From an uncultured Actinomycetes bacterium (GTDB taxonomy: Bacteria; Actinomycetota; Thermoleophilia; Gaiellales; Gaiellaceae): 64,000 nt of DNA. The notes beneath the pieces were generated by a model. It did no database searches. It was not told the origin of the DNA and saw nothing but the letters and a program-made list of their open reading frames with translations. The first letter of the stretch is position 1. The number at the start of each line of letters is the position of its first letter. The DNA lies in NCBI GenBank assembly GCA_963809465.1, contig CAWEJU010000015.1, positions 398,295 to 462,294 of the forward strand, written 5' to 3'. Shown piece by piece: positions 33,826-43,285 of this stretch. A program made the translations under genes and the position numbers.

Positions 33826-34913
33826 CTGCCGCGCGCCGTCCAGTCGATCCGCTCCAGATACGCCCGCCAGGCGCCGACGAAGTCGCCGAGTGCGTCGCCG
33901 CCGAACTTCTCGCAGGCCGCGCGCGCGAGCTCCCATGCGACCGAGGCCTCGGCCACGACCGCGAGCGCCTCGACGGCCGAGACGTCGCTCCGCTCCACGA
34001 GCGCGTCCGCGGGCTCCCCTGTCTCGAGGTCGACGGAGCGGAGCGGCCGCATGAGCGTCGGCAGCGGCTTCATCGCGGCACGCGCGACGATCTCCTCGCC
34101 GTTCGAGACGCCGCCCTCGATACCGCCTGCCCGGTTCGACTCGCGGTGAAGGCCGCGGTCGTCGCGGACGATCTCGTCGTGTGCCTCCGAGCCGCGCAGG
34201 CCGGAGAGCGCGAACCCCTCGCCGATCTCGACGCCCTTGACGGCCTGGATCCCGAGGAGTGCCGCCGCGAGCCGGGCGTCGAGCCGGTCCTCCCGCCGCG
34301 CGTAGGAGCCGAGGCCGGGTGGGACTCCGCGCGCTCGCACCTCTACCCGCCCGCCGAGCGTGTCGCGACCCTGCCTCGCCTCGTCGACGGCAGCGGGATC
34401 CGCGCCGGCCTCCGGCAGCGCCTCGCCCGCCACCTCGATCCCGATCTCGTGGAGCAGCGCCTTTGCGACCGCGCCGGCCGCGACGTAGACCGCCGTGTGC
34501 CGCGCGGAGGCGCGCTCGAGCGCGTCACGGACGTCCGCGAGGCCGTGCTTCTGCACGCCGGCGAGATCCGCATGCCCGGGCCGCGGCAGCGTGACCGGCT
34601 TCGTCCCCTTCCCCTCGGGCTCGCCCGCGGGCGGCCACGGGCTCATCCCCCACGTCCAGTTCTTGTGGTCGCGGTTGTGGACTACGAGCGCAAGCGGCGT
34701 GCCGAGCGTCCGGCCGTGGCGAAGGCCCGCGAGGACTTCGACCTCGTCGGTCTCGATCTGCTGGCGGGGCGAGCGGCCGTAGCCCTGCTGGCGGCGGCGG
34801 AGGTCGGTGTCGATCGCGTCCCTGTCGAGGACGAGGCCCGCGGGCAGACCGGAGAGGATCGCGACGAGCGCCGGGCCGTGCGACTCTCCCGCGGTCGCGA
34901 GCTCGAGCGTCAT
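33822..34913 (-). CDS. aroC: chorismate synthase
   Basis: TAGESHGPALV..RRRQQGYGRS..ERSD motifs. Confidence 0.95.
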   Translation of the reverse strand: MTLELATAGESHGPALVAILSGLPAGLVLDRDAIDTDLRRRQQGYGRSPRQQIETDEVEVLAGLRHGRTLGTPLALVVHNRDHKNWTWGMSPWPPAGEPEGKGTKPVTLPRPGHADLAGVQKHGLADVRDALERASARHTAVYVAAGAVAKALLHEIGIEVAGEALPEAGADPAAVDEARQGRDTLGGRVEVRARGVPPGLGSYARREDRLDARLAAALLGIQAVKGVEIGEGFALSGLRGSEAHDEIVRDDRGLHRESNRAGGIEGGVSNGEEIVARAAMKPLPTLMRPLRSVDLETGEPADALVERSDVSAVEALAVVAEASVAWELARAACEKFGGDALGDFVGAWRAYLERIDWTARGS

Positions 34914-34931
34914 GGAGGAGAGCGTAGTGGG

Positions 34932-35243
34932 CTACAGCCGCGAGAGCACCCGGGAGACGAGCCTCCGGTGCCGGTGAGGCCCCGCCGCGAGGAGGAAGCG
35001 GCCCAGCCGGCTCGACTCCCGCGGGTCGAGCGAGATCGCAGCCTGCGCTTCCTCGCCACGCCAGACGCTGAGGCGCGCGTGCCTCGGCTCCGTCAGGTAG
35101 ACGGAGACGCGGAGCCCGCCGTCGCCGACGTCCGGATGCCCCTGGAAGTACTCGACGATCTTCGTCCGCTGTGGCTTGCCGCAGTGCGGGCAGAAGCGGA
35201 ACTCGTCCTGCACTACTCCCCCGCATTCTCTGCAGCGGCGCAT
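34932..35243 (-). CDS. zinc-ribbon domain protein, hypothetical
   Basis: CRECGG..FCPHCG zinc ribbon at the N-terminus. Strong SD AAGGAG 5 nt before the ATG. Confidence 0.6.
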   Translation of the reverse strand: MRRCRECGGVVQDEFRFCPHCGKPQRTKIVEYFQGHPDVGDGGLRVSVYLTEPRHARLSVWRGEEAQAAISLDPRESSRLGRFLLAAGPHRHRRLVSRVLSRL

Positions 35244-35275
35244 CGTTCTCCTTCTATGCCCCCGGCCGCCTCACG

Positions 35276-35917
35276 TCAAGCCGAAGGCGCGGGCCACAAC
35301 GGCACGACCCGCTTGGCTGCGGCAACGAGCACGCCTCCATCGATCTCGACGGTCGAGAGTGGAATCTCGACGACCGGCCACTCGCAGAAGACCCGGATCG
35401 TGCCGGGCTCGGGGAGCGGCCAGAGCCAGAATCCCGGCCGCATGATCACGCGCCCTCCGCCCGCCGAGCCTCCCGCGCCTCCATGCTCGATGAAGACCGG
35501 GTCCGCCGGCTCCTCGTCGGGCTTCATGAACCGCCGCCGGCCCATCCTGCCGCCCAGGTTCGAGACGCGCTCCCCGCCGGGCAGCTCGAGCCCGATCCGC
35601 AGGAATCCCGTGGGCGGCTCGTCGCCCTCCTCGAACAGGTGCTGCTCGTGGAAGAGGCGGTTCGACTGCGCGTTACTCAGCCCGCGCGCCGCCGCGAGGA
35701 CGTCGAACGTGACGCCTGTCGAGTAGGCGGTCACGTGCGGGAGCGCAACGACGCCCTCCTCGGAGCGGCCGACGACGAGTCCGAGCGGAACGGCGACGCC
35801 GAGCTCGTCCTCCGGAGGACCGAACCAGGGCGACATCCGCGGCGGCTCGCGGTCGGCGTCGTCCTCGTCGCCGTCGTCTCCGGAGAACTGGAACATCTGC
35901 ACGAAGTTCGAGCTCAC
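35276..35917 (-). CDS. hypothetical protein (213 aa) with acidic N-terminus
   Basis: GTG 35917 overlaps the aroE TGA (GTGA). G/C-rich third codon positions. No family recognised. Confidence 0.55.
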   Translation of the reverse strand: MSSNFVQMFQFSGDDGDEDDADREPPRMSPWFGPPEDELGVAVPLGLVVGRSEEGVVALPHVTAYSTGVTFDVLAAARGLSNAQSNRLFHEQHLFEEGDEPPTGFLRIGLELPGGERVSNLGGRMGRRRFMKPDEEPADPVFIEHGGAGGSAGGGRVIMRPGFWLWPLPEPGTIRVFCEWPVVEIPLSTVEIDGGVLVAAAKRVVPLWPAPSA

Positions 35918-36549
35918 GCGGTCAAGCCTAGGGCCTCGCGCATCGCCGCGACCGGCGCCCGCTGCCCCGTCCACAGCTCGAAGCTCGCCGCGCCCTGCGC
36001 GACGAGCACCTCCAGCCCGTCGAGGACCCGCGCGCCCGCGGCGGCCGCCGCCTCCGCCGTCGCCGTCCGGGGATAGGGAAGGTCGACCAGCGTCTGCCCC
36101 GGCCCGAGCTCGAACAGCACTTCGTCGCGCACCGGAGTCGCGTGGATCACGAGATCGGCGTCGCGGACCTCGGGCGGCCACTCGCCACGCCGGGAGAAGA
36201 CGCGCGCCGCCGGCAAGGCGTGGCGAAACGCAGCCGCCGCCCCGCCGTCCCCCACGATCGCCGGCTCGTCACAGTCCGTTACCTGCTCGAGGATCGCGGC
36301 GTCCGTCGACCAGCCTCGCCCTCGCACGATCGTGTTCACCGACGGCAGGTCGCTGCCGAGGATCCGCGCGGCGTCGAGCTTGTACGGCGCGGTGACGTTC
36401 GCGTACTCGGCCTCCCCCACCGCGGCCTCGAGCTCCTCGGGCTGGACGTCGTGGAGAACGTACTCCCAGTCGAGCCCGGCCGCCGCGAACGCTGCGTTCT
36501 GCATCAGGGGCGAGAGCGAGTGCGCCACCGGATGGCCGAGCAGGACCAC
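35914..36549 (-). CDS. aroE: shikimate dehydrogenase (short form)
   Basis: LLGHPVAHSLSPLMQNAAF..NVTAPYK..NT motifs. Only 211 aa. Confidence 0.8.
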   Translation of the reverse strand: MVLLGHPVAHSLSPLMQNAAFAAAGLDWEYVLHDVQPEELEAAVGEAEYANVTAPYKLDAARILGSDLPSVNTIVRGRGWSTDAAILEQVTDCDEPAIVGDGGAAAAFRHALPAARVFSRRGEWPPEVRDADLVIHATPVRDEVLFELGPGQTLVDLPYPRTATAEAAAAAGARVLDGLEVLVAQGAASFELWTGQRAPVAAMREALGLTA

Positions 36550-36550
36550 C

Positions 36551-37375
36551 TCAGTAGCCGTACTGGGCCTCGTGCCGGAGGAAGTCCTGGTAGTTCGACG
36601 TGAAGTAGTGGTGCCTGTGATCGGGCTTGCGCACGAAGTAGAGGTAGTCGACGTGCGCGGGATGGGCGGCCGCCTGGAGCGACGCGAGCCCCGGATTGTC
36701 GATCGGCGTCGGAGGCAGGCCGGCGTGCAGACGAGTGTTGTACGGCGTCGGGTTCTGCAGCTCCGATTGCGTCAGCGACTGGGTCGGCGGGATGTGCAGC
36801 CCGTAGCGGAGGGTCGCGTCGATCCCGAGCGACATGTGGTCGTGCAGCCGGTTGTAGATGACCGCGGCAACGAGCGGACGCTCGCTGGGGACCTGCGCCT
36901 CGCCCTCGACCATCGACGCGATCGTCAGCACGTCGTACGGCGTCAGGTTCTTGCTCCGCGCGTAGGAGAGGTCGAGCGACTTCCACATCGAGCCGAATTC
37001 CCCGAGCTGCTCCTGCAGGAGCTGGGCCGACGTCGACTTCCGGTCGAAGTCGTAGGTGTCCGGGAACAGGAATCCCTCGAGCGGCAGCTTCTCGCTGCCG
37101 AAGCCGGGGATCGTGCGTGGCGTCGCGGTCACGGCGGCGTATGCCTTGCTCGAGAGCTCGACCTTCCGGTGCGACTCGCGCTCGGCGATCTTCGCCACCG
37201 ACTGCACCCGCGCCGTCATCTGCCTGCGCGTGAATCCCTCGGGGAAGACGATCCTGAACTGCCGTAGCTGGCGGATGGTCGTGGTCGGCGGATCCGCGGC
37301 GCCGGATCCACCGCACCCTGCAAGCGCGGCAGCGACCAGCGCGACGCCGACTCCTACGAGCGCGCCGCGCACCAC
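36551..37375 (-). CDS. mltG: endolytic murein transglycosylase MltG (YceG-like)
   Basis: Signal/lipobox LAGCGG. LEGFLFPDTY, ASMVEGEA, VIYNRL and YNT motifs. Confidence 0.85.
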   Translation of the reverse strand: MVRGALVGVGVALVAAALAGCGGSGAADPPTTTIRQLRQFRIVFPEGFTRRQMTARVQSVAKIAERESHRKVELSSKAYAAVTATPRTIPGFGSEKLPLEGFLFPDTYDFDRKSTSAQLLQEQLGEFGSMWKSLDLSYARSKNLTPYDVLTIASMVEGEAQVPSERPLVAAVIYNRLHDHMSLGIDATLRYGLHIPPTQSLTQSELQNPTPYNTRLHAGLPPTPIDNPGLASLQAAAHPAHVDYLYFVRKPDHRHHYFTSNYQDFLRHEAQYGY

Positions 37376-37746
37376 TCGAGATAGGTCGACAGGAGATGCG
37401 CGGCCGCGAGCGCATCCTCGGGAGCCGTGCCGGCGGTGCGCTGTGCGAGGTCGGTCGTGAAGCGCTCGTCGTAGAGCTCGACGGGAACCTCGAGGACGCC
37501 GCGCAGCGCGTCGACGAAGTCTTCGGTCTCCGCCACCTGCTCGCCGCGCGCGCCCCGCATCGTCAGCGGCAGGCCGACGACGACGCGCTCGACGCCCTCC
37601 TCGCGCACGAGCCGCGCGAGCTCGGCGAGCCCGTCCTCGCTTCCGGCCCGCTCGACGACGCCGAGGGGTCGCGCGACGGTGCCGGTCGGATCGGAGACGG
37701 CGACTCCGGTACGCACGGAGCCGTAGTCGAGCGCCATCACCTTCAC
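37354..37746 (-). CDS. ruvX: Holliday junction resolvase-like RuvX (YqgF)
   Basis: MALDYGSVRTGVAVSD..VVGLPL.M.G..DERFTT motifs. Confidence 0.85.
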   Translation of the reverse strand: MKVMALDYGSVRTGVAVSDPTGTVARPLGVVERAGSEDGLAELARLVREEGVERVVVGLPLTMRGARGEQVAETEDFVDALRGVLEVPVELYDERFTTDLAQRTAGTAPEDALAAAHLLSTYLEWCAARS

Positions 37747-37756
37747 GCGGTCATCT

Positions 37757-40270
37757 TCACCGCGCGACGATCTCCTTTGCGGCGGTGAGCGCGTCGGCGA
37801 TGCCGTCGGGATTCTTTCCACCGGCCTCCGCGAGCGTCGGCTTCCCTCCCCCGCCCCCGCCGATGTGCTTGCCGAGCTCACGCACGACCTGTACGGCGTC
37901 GAGCCCGCGCGCAACCAGCGACTCGTCGAAGTTGACGACGAGGAACACCCGCCCGTCGTCGCGGGATGCCACGATCGCGCCGTCCGCCTTCTCCTGCTGG
38001 CGGATCCGGTCCGAGAAGTCGCGCAAAGGACCGCCCTTGAGGCTCTTCACCTCGACCAGCAAGACGTTCCCTTGCTTGTCCTGGGAGACGATGTCGGCCT
38101 GCTCGGCCTGTTGCGGCCGCCTGGCCTCCTTCCTCGCCCGCTCGAGCTCGCCCCGCAGTGCATCCGCCTCACGTGCCCGTTCGTGCAGGAGAGCGAACGC
38201 CTCGCCGGCAGTCACCGCTTCGATCCGGCGGGAGCCCGCTCCGACCGAGCTCTCGGAGAGGATCGTGAACGGGCCGATCTCGGCCGTCGAGCGCACGTGG
38301 GTGCCGCCGCAGAGCTCGACCGACCAGCCGTCGATGTCGACGACGCGCACCACCTCGCCGTACTTCTCCCCGAAGAGCATCATGGCGCCGAGTTTGCGCG
38401 CCTCCGACAGCGGAGTCTCGAAGATCCGAACGGGCAGGTTCGCGAAGACGTGCTCGTTGACCCGACGCTCGACCTCGGTGCGCTCCTCCGGCGTGAGCGG
38501 CGACGGATGCGTGAAGTCGAAGCGGAGCTTGTCGGGACGCACCGCGGAGCCGGCCTGGCGGACGTGGTCGCCGAGCACCTCCTGCAGCACCCTGTGGAGG
38601 AGGTGCGTCGCCGTGTGGTTCGCCATCGTCGGATAGCGCACGCCCCACGGCACGACCGCACGGACGCGATCGCCCTCCGCGAACCCTGCACCCTGAAATA
38701 CGAGCTCCTGGTCGTCGACGAGCCGGAGCGCCTCGACGAGATCCGCGCGTGTGCCGTCCTCCTTCTCGATCCAGCCGGCGTCGGTGACCTGGCCGCCGCC
38801 CGCCGGATAGAACGGCGACTCGGCGAGCTTGGCCTGGAAGACGCCGTCGCCGAGGTCGGCGTACGCCGTGATCGCGGTCCGCACGTCGACCTGCTCGTAG
38901 CCGACGAACTCCGTCCGCGGCGCGCCGGTCAAGCGCGGCTCGTACCGCCCCGTGCCCTGGCGCGACACTTCCCGGTGCCGCTCCATCAGCCGCTCGTACT
39001 CCTCCTCGTTCACGGCGAGGCCACGTTCGCGCGCCAGCTCCTCCGTCAGCTCGCGCGGGAAGCCGTACGTCGTCGCGAGATCGAAGGCGTCCTCGCCGCT
39101 GATCTCGCCCTTGGCGGCTGCCTCCTCGAAGATCGCCATCCCGCGCTCGAGCGTCTCGCCGAACCGCTCCTCCTCCGCGGCGAGCACGCGGTGGATCTCC
39201 TCCCGGTGCTCGACGAGCTCGGGATAGGCCGGCCCCATCTGCTCGATCACGACGTCCGCGAGCCCGGGCAGGAATGGCGGCTCCATCCCGATCCGCAGAC
39301 CGTGCTGCGCGGCCCGGCGGACGATGCGGCGCAGGACGTAGCCGCGTCCCTCGTTCGACGGCGTCACGCCCTCGGCGGCGATGAACGTCATGCCGCGGCC
39401 GTGGTCGGCGAGGACGCGGTGCGCCTTCGTGGCGTCCTGGGACGAGCCGTACCCGACCCCGGACTGCTCGGCGACCCAGTCCATGATCAGCTGGTAGCCG
39501 TCGGTGTCGTAGACGGACGCGACGTCCTGCACGACGCGTGCCACGCGCTCAAGGCCCCAGCCGGTGTCGATGTTCTTGCTCGGGAGCTCCGTGAGCGTGC
39601 CGTCGGGATGGAGCTCGTAGGACATGAAGACGAGGTTCCCGAACTCGAGGAACCGTTCGCAGCGCACGCACCCGGGCTTGCAGTCCTCGGTGCCGCAGCC
39701 GACCTCCTCGCCCCAGTCCCAGTACATCTCCGAGTCCGGGCCGCACGGCCCCGGGCCGCCGACCGACCAGAAGTTCTCGGAGGACGGCAACGGCACGATC
39801 CGCTCCGACGGCATGCCGATCCGCTCCCACAGGCCGATCGCCTCCTCGTCGGGGCCGAGCTTCAGACCGGGATCGCCGGCGTGCACGCTGATCCAGACGC
39901 GGTCCCAGTCGAGCTGCAGGCGCTGCTGGATGAACTCGGTCGCGTACTCGATCGCGCCCTCCTTGAAGTACTGGCCGAACGAGAAGTTGCCGAGCATCTC
40001 GAAAAAGGTGAGATGGAACGTGTCGAGGCCGACCTCGTCGATGTCCTGGGTGCGGAACACCTTCTGGCACGTCGTCGTCAGGGGTGCCGGCGGCGGCTCG
40101 AGACCGAGGAAGTACGGCATCTGCGGCTGCATGCCGGCGCTCGTGTAGAGCGTCGAGCGGTCGTCGGCACGCGGGATCAGCGAGGCCGACGGCCGCCGCA
40201 GGTGGCCCTTCTCCTCGAAGAACGCGAGGAATCCCTCGCGCAGCTCGGCCGTCGTGCGCACGGCGGCCAT
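37757..40270 (-). CDS. alaS: alanine--tRNA ligase
   Basis: TAELREGFLAFFEEKGH..FTSAGM..editing-domain HTATHLL..C-terminal DHHA1-like region. The start is ATG 40270, or GTG 40261 if the transcript is leaderless. Confidence 0.95.
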   Translation of the reverse strand: MAAVRTTAELREGFLAFFEEKGHLRRPSASLIPRADDRSTLYTSAGMQPQMPYFLGLEPPPAPLTTTCQKVFRTQDIDEVGLDTFHLTFFEMLGNFSFGQYFKEGAIEYATEFIQQRLQLDWDRVWISVHAGDPGLKLGPDEEAIGLWERIGMPSERIVPLPSSENFWSVGGPGPCGPDSEMYWDWGEEVGCGTEDCKPGCVRCERFLEFGNLVFMSYELHPDGTLTELPSKNIDTGWGLERVARVVQDVASVYDTDGYQLIMDWVAEQSGVGYGSSQDATKAHRVLADHGRGMTFIAAEGVTPSNEGRGYVLRRIVRRAAQHGLRIGMEPPFLPGLADVVIEQMGPAYPELVEHREEIHRVLAAEEERFGETLERGMAIFEEAAAKGEISGEDAFDLATTYGFPRELTEELARERGLAVNEEEYERLMERHREVSRQGTGRYEPRLTGAPRTEFVGYEQVDVRTAITAYADLGDGVFQAKLAESPFYPAGGGQVTDAGWIEKEDGTRADLVEALRLVDDQELVFQGAGFAEGDRVRAVVPWGVRYPTMANHTATHLLHRVLQEVLGDHVRQAGSAVRPDKLRFDFTHPSPLTPEERTEVERRVNEHVFANLPVRIFETPLSEARKLGAMMLFGEKYGEVVRVVDIDGWSVELCGGTHVRSTAEIGPFTILSESSVGAGSRRIEAVTAGEAFALLHERAREADALRGELERARKEARRPQQAEQADIVSQDKQGNVLLVEVKSLKGGPLRDFSDRIRQQEKADGAIVASRDDGRVFLVVNFDESLVARGLDAVQVVRELGKHIGGGGGGKPTLAEAGGKNPDGIADALTAAKEIVAR

Positions 40271-40274
40271 TCTA
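40269..40274 (-). promoter_or_regulatory. -10-like TAGAAT overlapping the alaS ATG, 7 nt before in-frame GTG 40261
   Basis: Minus strand reads TAGAATGGCCGCCGTG. Confidence 0.35.
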
Positions 40275-40318
40275 GGAGGGGCGTCTGGAGGACGGCCGGG
40301 GACGCCGTTAGCATCGCA

Positions 40319-40389
40319 CCGTGCGTAGGCTCGACGGAGCACGGCAAGGAGCGAAGGCGCCGGCTTAGCCGGCACCGGGAGCGGATCTA
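40319..40389 (+). repeat. copy 3 of the ~70-nt two-hairpin intergenic element (opposite genomic orientation)
   Basis: Aligns with copies 1 and 2. It ends 13 nt before GTG 40390, and stem 1 carries a compensatory change. Confidence 0.85.
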
Positions 40390-41382
40390 GTGTCGCTCGA
40401 CGTCCTGACGCCGGTCGCACCGAGGCGGAGGAGGAGGCGCCGGTACCGCGCAAGGAGGCTCGCGCTGCTGGCCCTTGTCGTGCTACTCGCGGCCGGCGCG
40501 GGTGTCTGGTTCGGGCGGCGGACGGCGACCTCGCCGCATCGTCACCGGGTCGCGGCGTCACCTCCTCGCACCCGGCCGGTGACGAGCGCGGTCGCGGTGC
40601 CTCCGCGTCCCCTTCGTCTCCTGAGCGGGGCGCCGCTCCTCGACGGCCGGGTGTCCGTTCGCCTCCGTGCGCCCGCCGCGATCCTCGTCGATGCGCAGAC
40701 GGGCCGGGTCCTCTGGGCGAAACGAGCGCACGAGCAGCGCAAGATCGCGTCCCTGACGAAGATCATGACCGCGACCCTCGCGCTGCGTGAGGTGCCGTGG
40801 GACAGCACGATCGACGTCGACAAGAGGGTGACGGCAGTGCCCCTCGTCAAGGAGGGCTTGCGCGCCGGCGAGCGCGTCAAGGCGTGGAAGCTCTTCTACT
40901 CGCTGCTGCTCTTCTCCGGCAACGACGACGCTGCTCAGCTCGCCATCTCCTCCGCAGGATCCATTCACGCCTTCCTGCGCCAGATGAACGCCGAGGCCCG
41001 GCGCCTCGGGCTCCACGACACGCACTACGCGACCCCGAGCGGCGTGATCGACCAGGGGAACTACTCGACCGCATGGGACCTCGCGGCACTCACCCGCTAT
41101 GCGCTGCGCGACCCGCGCTTCCGCCGGCTCATCCGGACGAAGCGGATCGAGGTGCGGTGGACCGCGCCGACGAACTCCAAGATCTATCTCAACAACAACT
41201 ACCTCCTGCACGCGTACCACGGCGCGAACGGCGTCAAGACGGGTTACACGCACGCATCCGGATGGTGCCTCGTCGCATCGGCCACGCGGCACGGCAGGAA
41301 GATGATCGCGGTCGTCCTCGACTCGCCGAACATGTACGCCGACGCGAGGATGCTTCTCAACCTCGGCTTCAGCCACACCTGA
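40390..41382 (+). CDS. D-alanyl-D-alanine carboxypeptidase (S11 family)
   Basis: Arg-rich N-terminus plus a TM anchor. SLTK, SGND and KTGYT active-site motifs. Confidence 0.85.
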   Translation: MSLDVLTPVAPRRRRRRRYRARRLALLALVVLLAAGAGVWFGRRTATSPHRHRVAASPPRTRPVTSAVAVPPRPLRLLSGAPLLDGRVSVRLRAPAAILVDAQTGRVLWAKRAHEQRKIASLTKIMTATLALREVPWDSTIDVDKRVTAVPLVKEGLRAGERVKAWKLFYSLLLFSGNDDAAQLAISSAGSIHAFLRQMNAEARRLGLHDTHYATPSGVIDQGNYSTAWDLAALTRYALRDPRFRRLIRTKRIEVRWTAPTNSKIYLNNNYLLHAYHGANGVKTGYTHASGWCLVASATRHGRKMIAVVLDSPNMYADARMLLNLGFSHT

Positions 41383-41452
41383 GAGACGGCTACGGTTTCC
41401 CTCCGCGGCGTTCATGTCGGCGCCGCGGGGTCGACGTGGCGAAGGAACCTGC

Positions 41453-42496
41453 ATGAGATTGCCGACACTCGTGTCCGGCACCGATCTGGCCGTCGATCTC
41501 GGGACGGCCAACACGGTCGTCTTCCGTCGCGGCGAGGGCATCGTCCTGTTCGAGCCCTCGGTCGTGGCGATGGACCAGCAGACCGGACAGGTCTATGCGG
41601 TCGGGGAGAAGGCGCGGCAGATGCTCGGCCGCACGCCGGCGACGATCGTCGCCACCCGCCCCTTGCGACACGGCGTGATCGCAGACTTCGAGACGACCGA
41701 GCAGATGCTCGGGCATTTCGTCCGCCTCGTGGGGGGCAGCGGACTGCGGCGTGCGGTGATCGTCTGTGTCCCGAGCGGCCTGACACAGGTCGAGCGGGAC
41801 GCCGTCGTGGAGGCCACGCTCTCGTCGGGCGCGCACGAGGCGCACCTGATCGAGGAGGCCATGGCGGGCGCGATCGGCGCCCAGCTGCCCGTGGAGGACG
41901 CGGTCGCCTCGCTCGTGGTCGACGTCGGCGGCGGGACGAGTGAGATGGCCGTGATCGCGCTCGGCGGAATCGTCGTCGCGACGTCGCTGCCGGTCGGCGG
42001 CTACGACCTCGACGACGCGATCGTCCGTTACGTCCAGGAACAGCACCGGCTGCTCGTCGGCCACGAGCAGGCCGAGAAGGTGAAGCTCGAGATCGGGAAC
42101 GCGCTCGAGGGGCACGCGGCGGCCGCCGAGGCCGAGGTGGCCGGCCGCTACATGTCCACCGGCATGCTCGCCCGCATCACCCTCGGGCAGGACGAGGTTC
42201 GCCAGGCGCTCGAGCGGCCGCTGATGCGAATCGTCGCCGCGCTGAAGGATTTGCTCGAGCAGACGCCTGCACAGCTCGCCTCGGACATCGCCGACCGCGG
42301 CATCACGCTCGTCGGGGGCGGCACCCTGCTGGCCGGTTTCCCCGAGCTCCTGCGAGGCGAGACGGGGCTCCCCGTGAACCGCGACCCGGAGCCGCTGACG
42401 ACGGTGGCGCGCGGCGCGGGCGCGGCACTCGCGGAGCTCGACACGCTCAGACGCTCGAGCGCGCCGCGTCGCTCCTCCCGCCGCCGCCGCGGCTGA
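41453..42496 (+). CDS. mreB: rod shape-determining protein MreB
   Basis: DLAVDLGTANT..EPSVVA..RPLRHGVIADF..VDVGGGT motifs. Basic C-terminal tail. No mreC or mreD follows. Confidence 0.9.
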   Translation: MRLPTLVSGTDLAVDLGTANTVVFRRGEGIVLFEPSVVAMDQQTGQVYAVGEKARQMLGRTPATIVATRPLRHGVIADFETTEQMLGHFVRLVGGSGLRRAVIVCVPSGLTQVERDAVVEATLSSGAHEAHLIEEAMAGAIGAQLPVEDAVASLVVDVGGGTSEMAVIALGGIVVATSLPVGGYDLDDAIVRYVQEQHRLLVGHEQAEKVKLEIGNALEGHAAAAEAEVAGRYMSTGMLARITLGQDEVRQALERPLMRIVAALKDLLEQTPAQLASDIADRGITLVGGGTLLAGFPELLRGETGLPVNRDPEPLTTVARGAGAALAELDTLRRSSAPRRSSRRRRG

Positions 42497-42518
42497 GCCG
42501 CACCAACACCTGACGGGT

Positions 42519-43283
42519 TTGGCAACCGCCGGCGAGGGTCACGACTCTCGGACGCCAGTGGTGTCGACTCGCGGTCAATTGACGGGGAACCGGATCGCCC
42601 TCGTGGGGACGGTCATGTACTTCCTCGAGTGGGTCGCAATCGTGCTGATTCCCTCGGTCCCGACGGACAAGCTCGGACGCCATCCGGGCGCGATCGCCGC
42701 CGTGTACGAGCATCCGAGGGCGGTGGCCCTTGCGGCAGGTTGGTTCAGCGTCGTTCTGTTCGGGCGAGTCATCTTCACGATCGGCCTGCGCGATGCGTTC
42801 AGCGGTCTCCGGCGTGAGCGATTGTTCGCAGACATCGCGGTCGCCGCAATGGCGCTCAGTGTCGCAGTCGAGGTGATCTCGTTCGGGCTCACTACCAGCG
42901 CGGCCTGGCTCAAGTCTGCCCATGCCGATCCGAGCACCGTCGTTGCACTCGACGCGGCCGGCTCGACCGTGTACTCGCTCATCTTCGGGCCGATCGGTGT
43001 CTCCGTGCTTGCCGGCTCGATCGCCATGATCCTTTCGGGGCTGTTCCCCCGCTGGCTCGCCTGGACCGGCGTCCTCGGCGGCTCACTAGGCATCGTCGGC
43101 GGCATCGTGGGCGCGGGCGGCCTCGGAGCGACCGGAGCGCTCCATGACGTGGGCGGAGCCTTGACAGCCATCCCGATCCCCTTCGTCTGGATCTGGATGA
43201 TCGTCACCTCGATCGTGCTCTTTCGCGCCAGAAACGTGGTGCCGACGCGGCGAGCCGAGGGAGTAGAAGCATCTCCTAGCTAG
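42519..43283 (+). CDS. DUF4386-like integral membrane protein
   Basis: About 6 hydrophobic segments. TTG start is uncertain. Noticeably more A/T in third codon positions than neighbouring genes. Confidence 0.5.
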   Translation: MATAGEGHDSRTPVVSTRGQLTGNRIALVGTVMYFLEWVAIVLIPSVPTDKLGRHPGAIAAVYEHPRAVALAAGWFSVVLFGRVIFTIGLRDAFSGLRRERLFADIAVAAMALSVAVEVISFGLTTSAAWLKSAHADPSTVVALDAAGSTVYSLIFGPIGVSVLAGSIAMILSGLFPRWLAWTGVLGGSLGIVGGIVGAGGLGATGALHDVGGALTAIPIPFVWIWMIVTSIVLFRARNVVPTRRAEGVEASPS

Positions 43284-43285
43284 CG

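Noticed and set aside
35920-35931. TAGGCT 7 nt upstream of GTG 35917 as an internal leaderless promoter for the inserted 213-aa gene.
   Set aside because: The hexamer lies within the aroE coding sequence (LGLTA-stop), and the junction is already explained by GTGA coupling. The sequence alone cannot separate chance from function.
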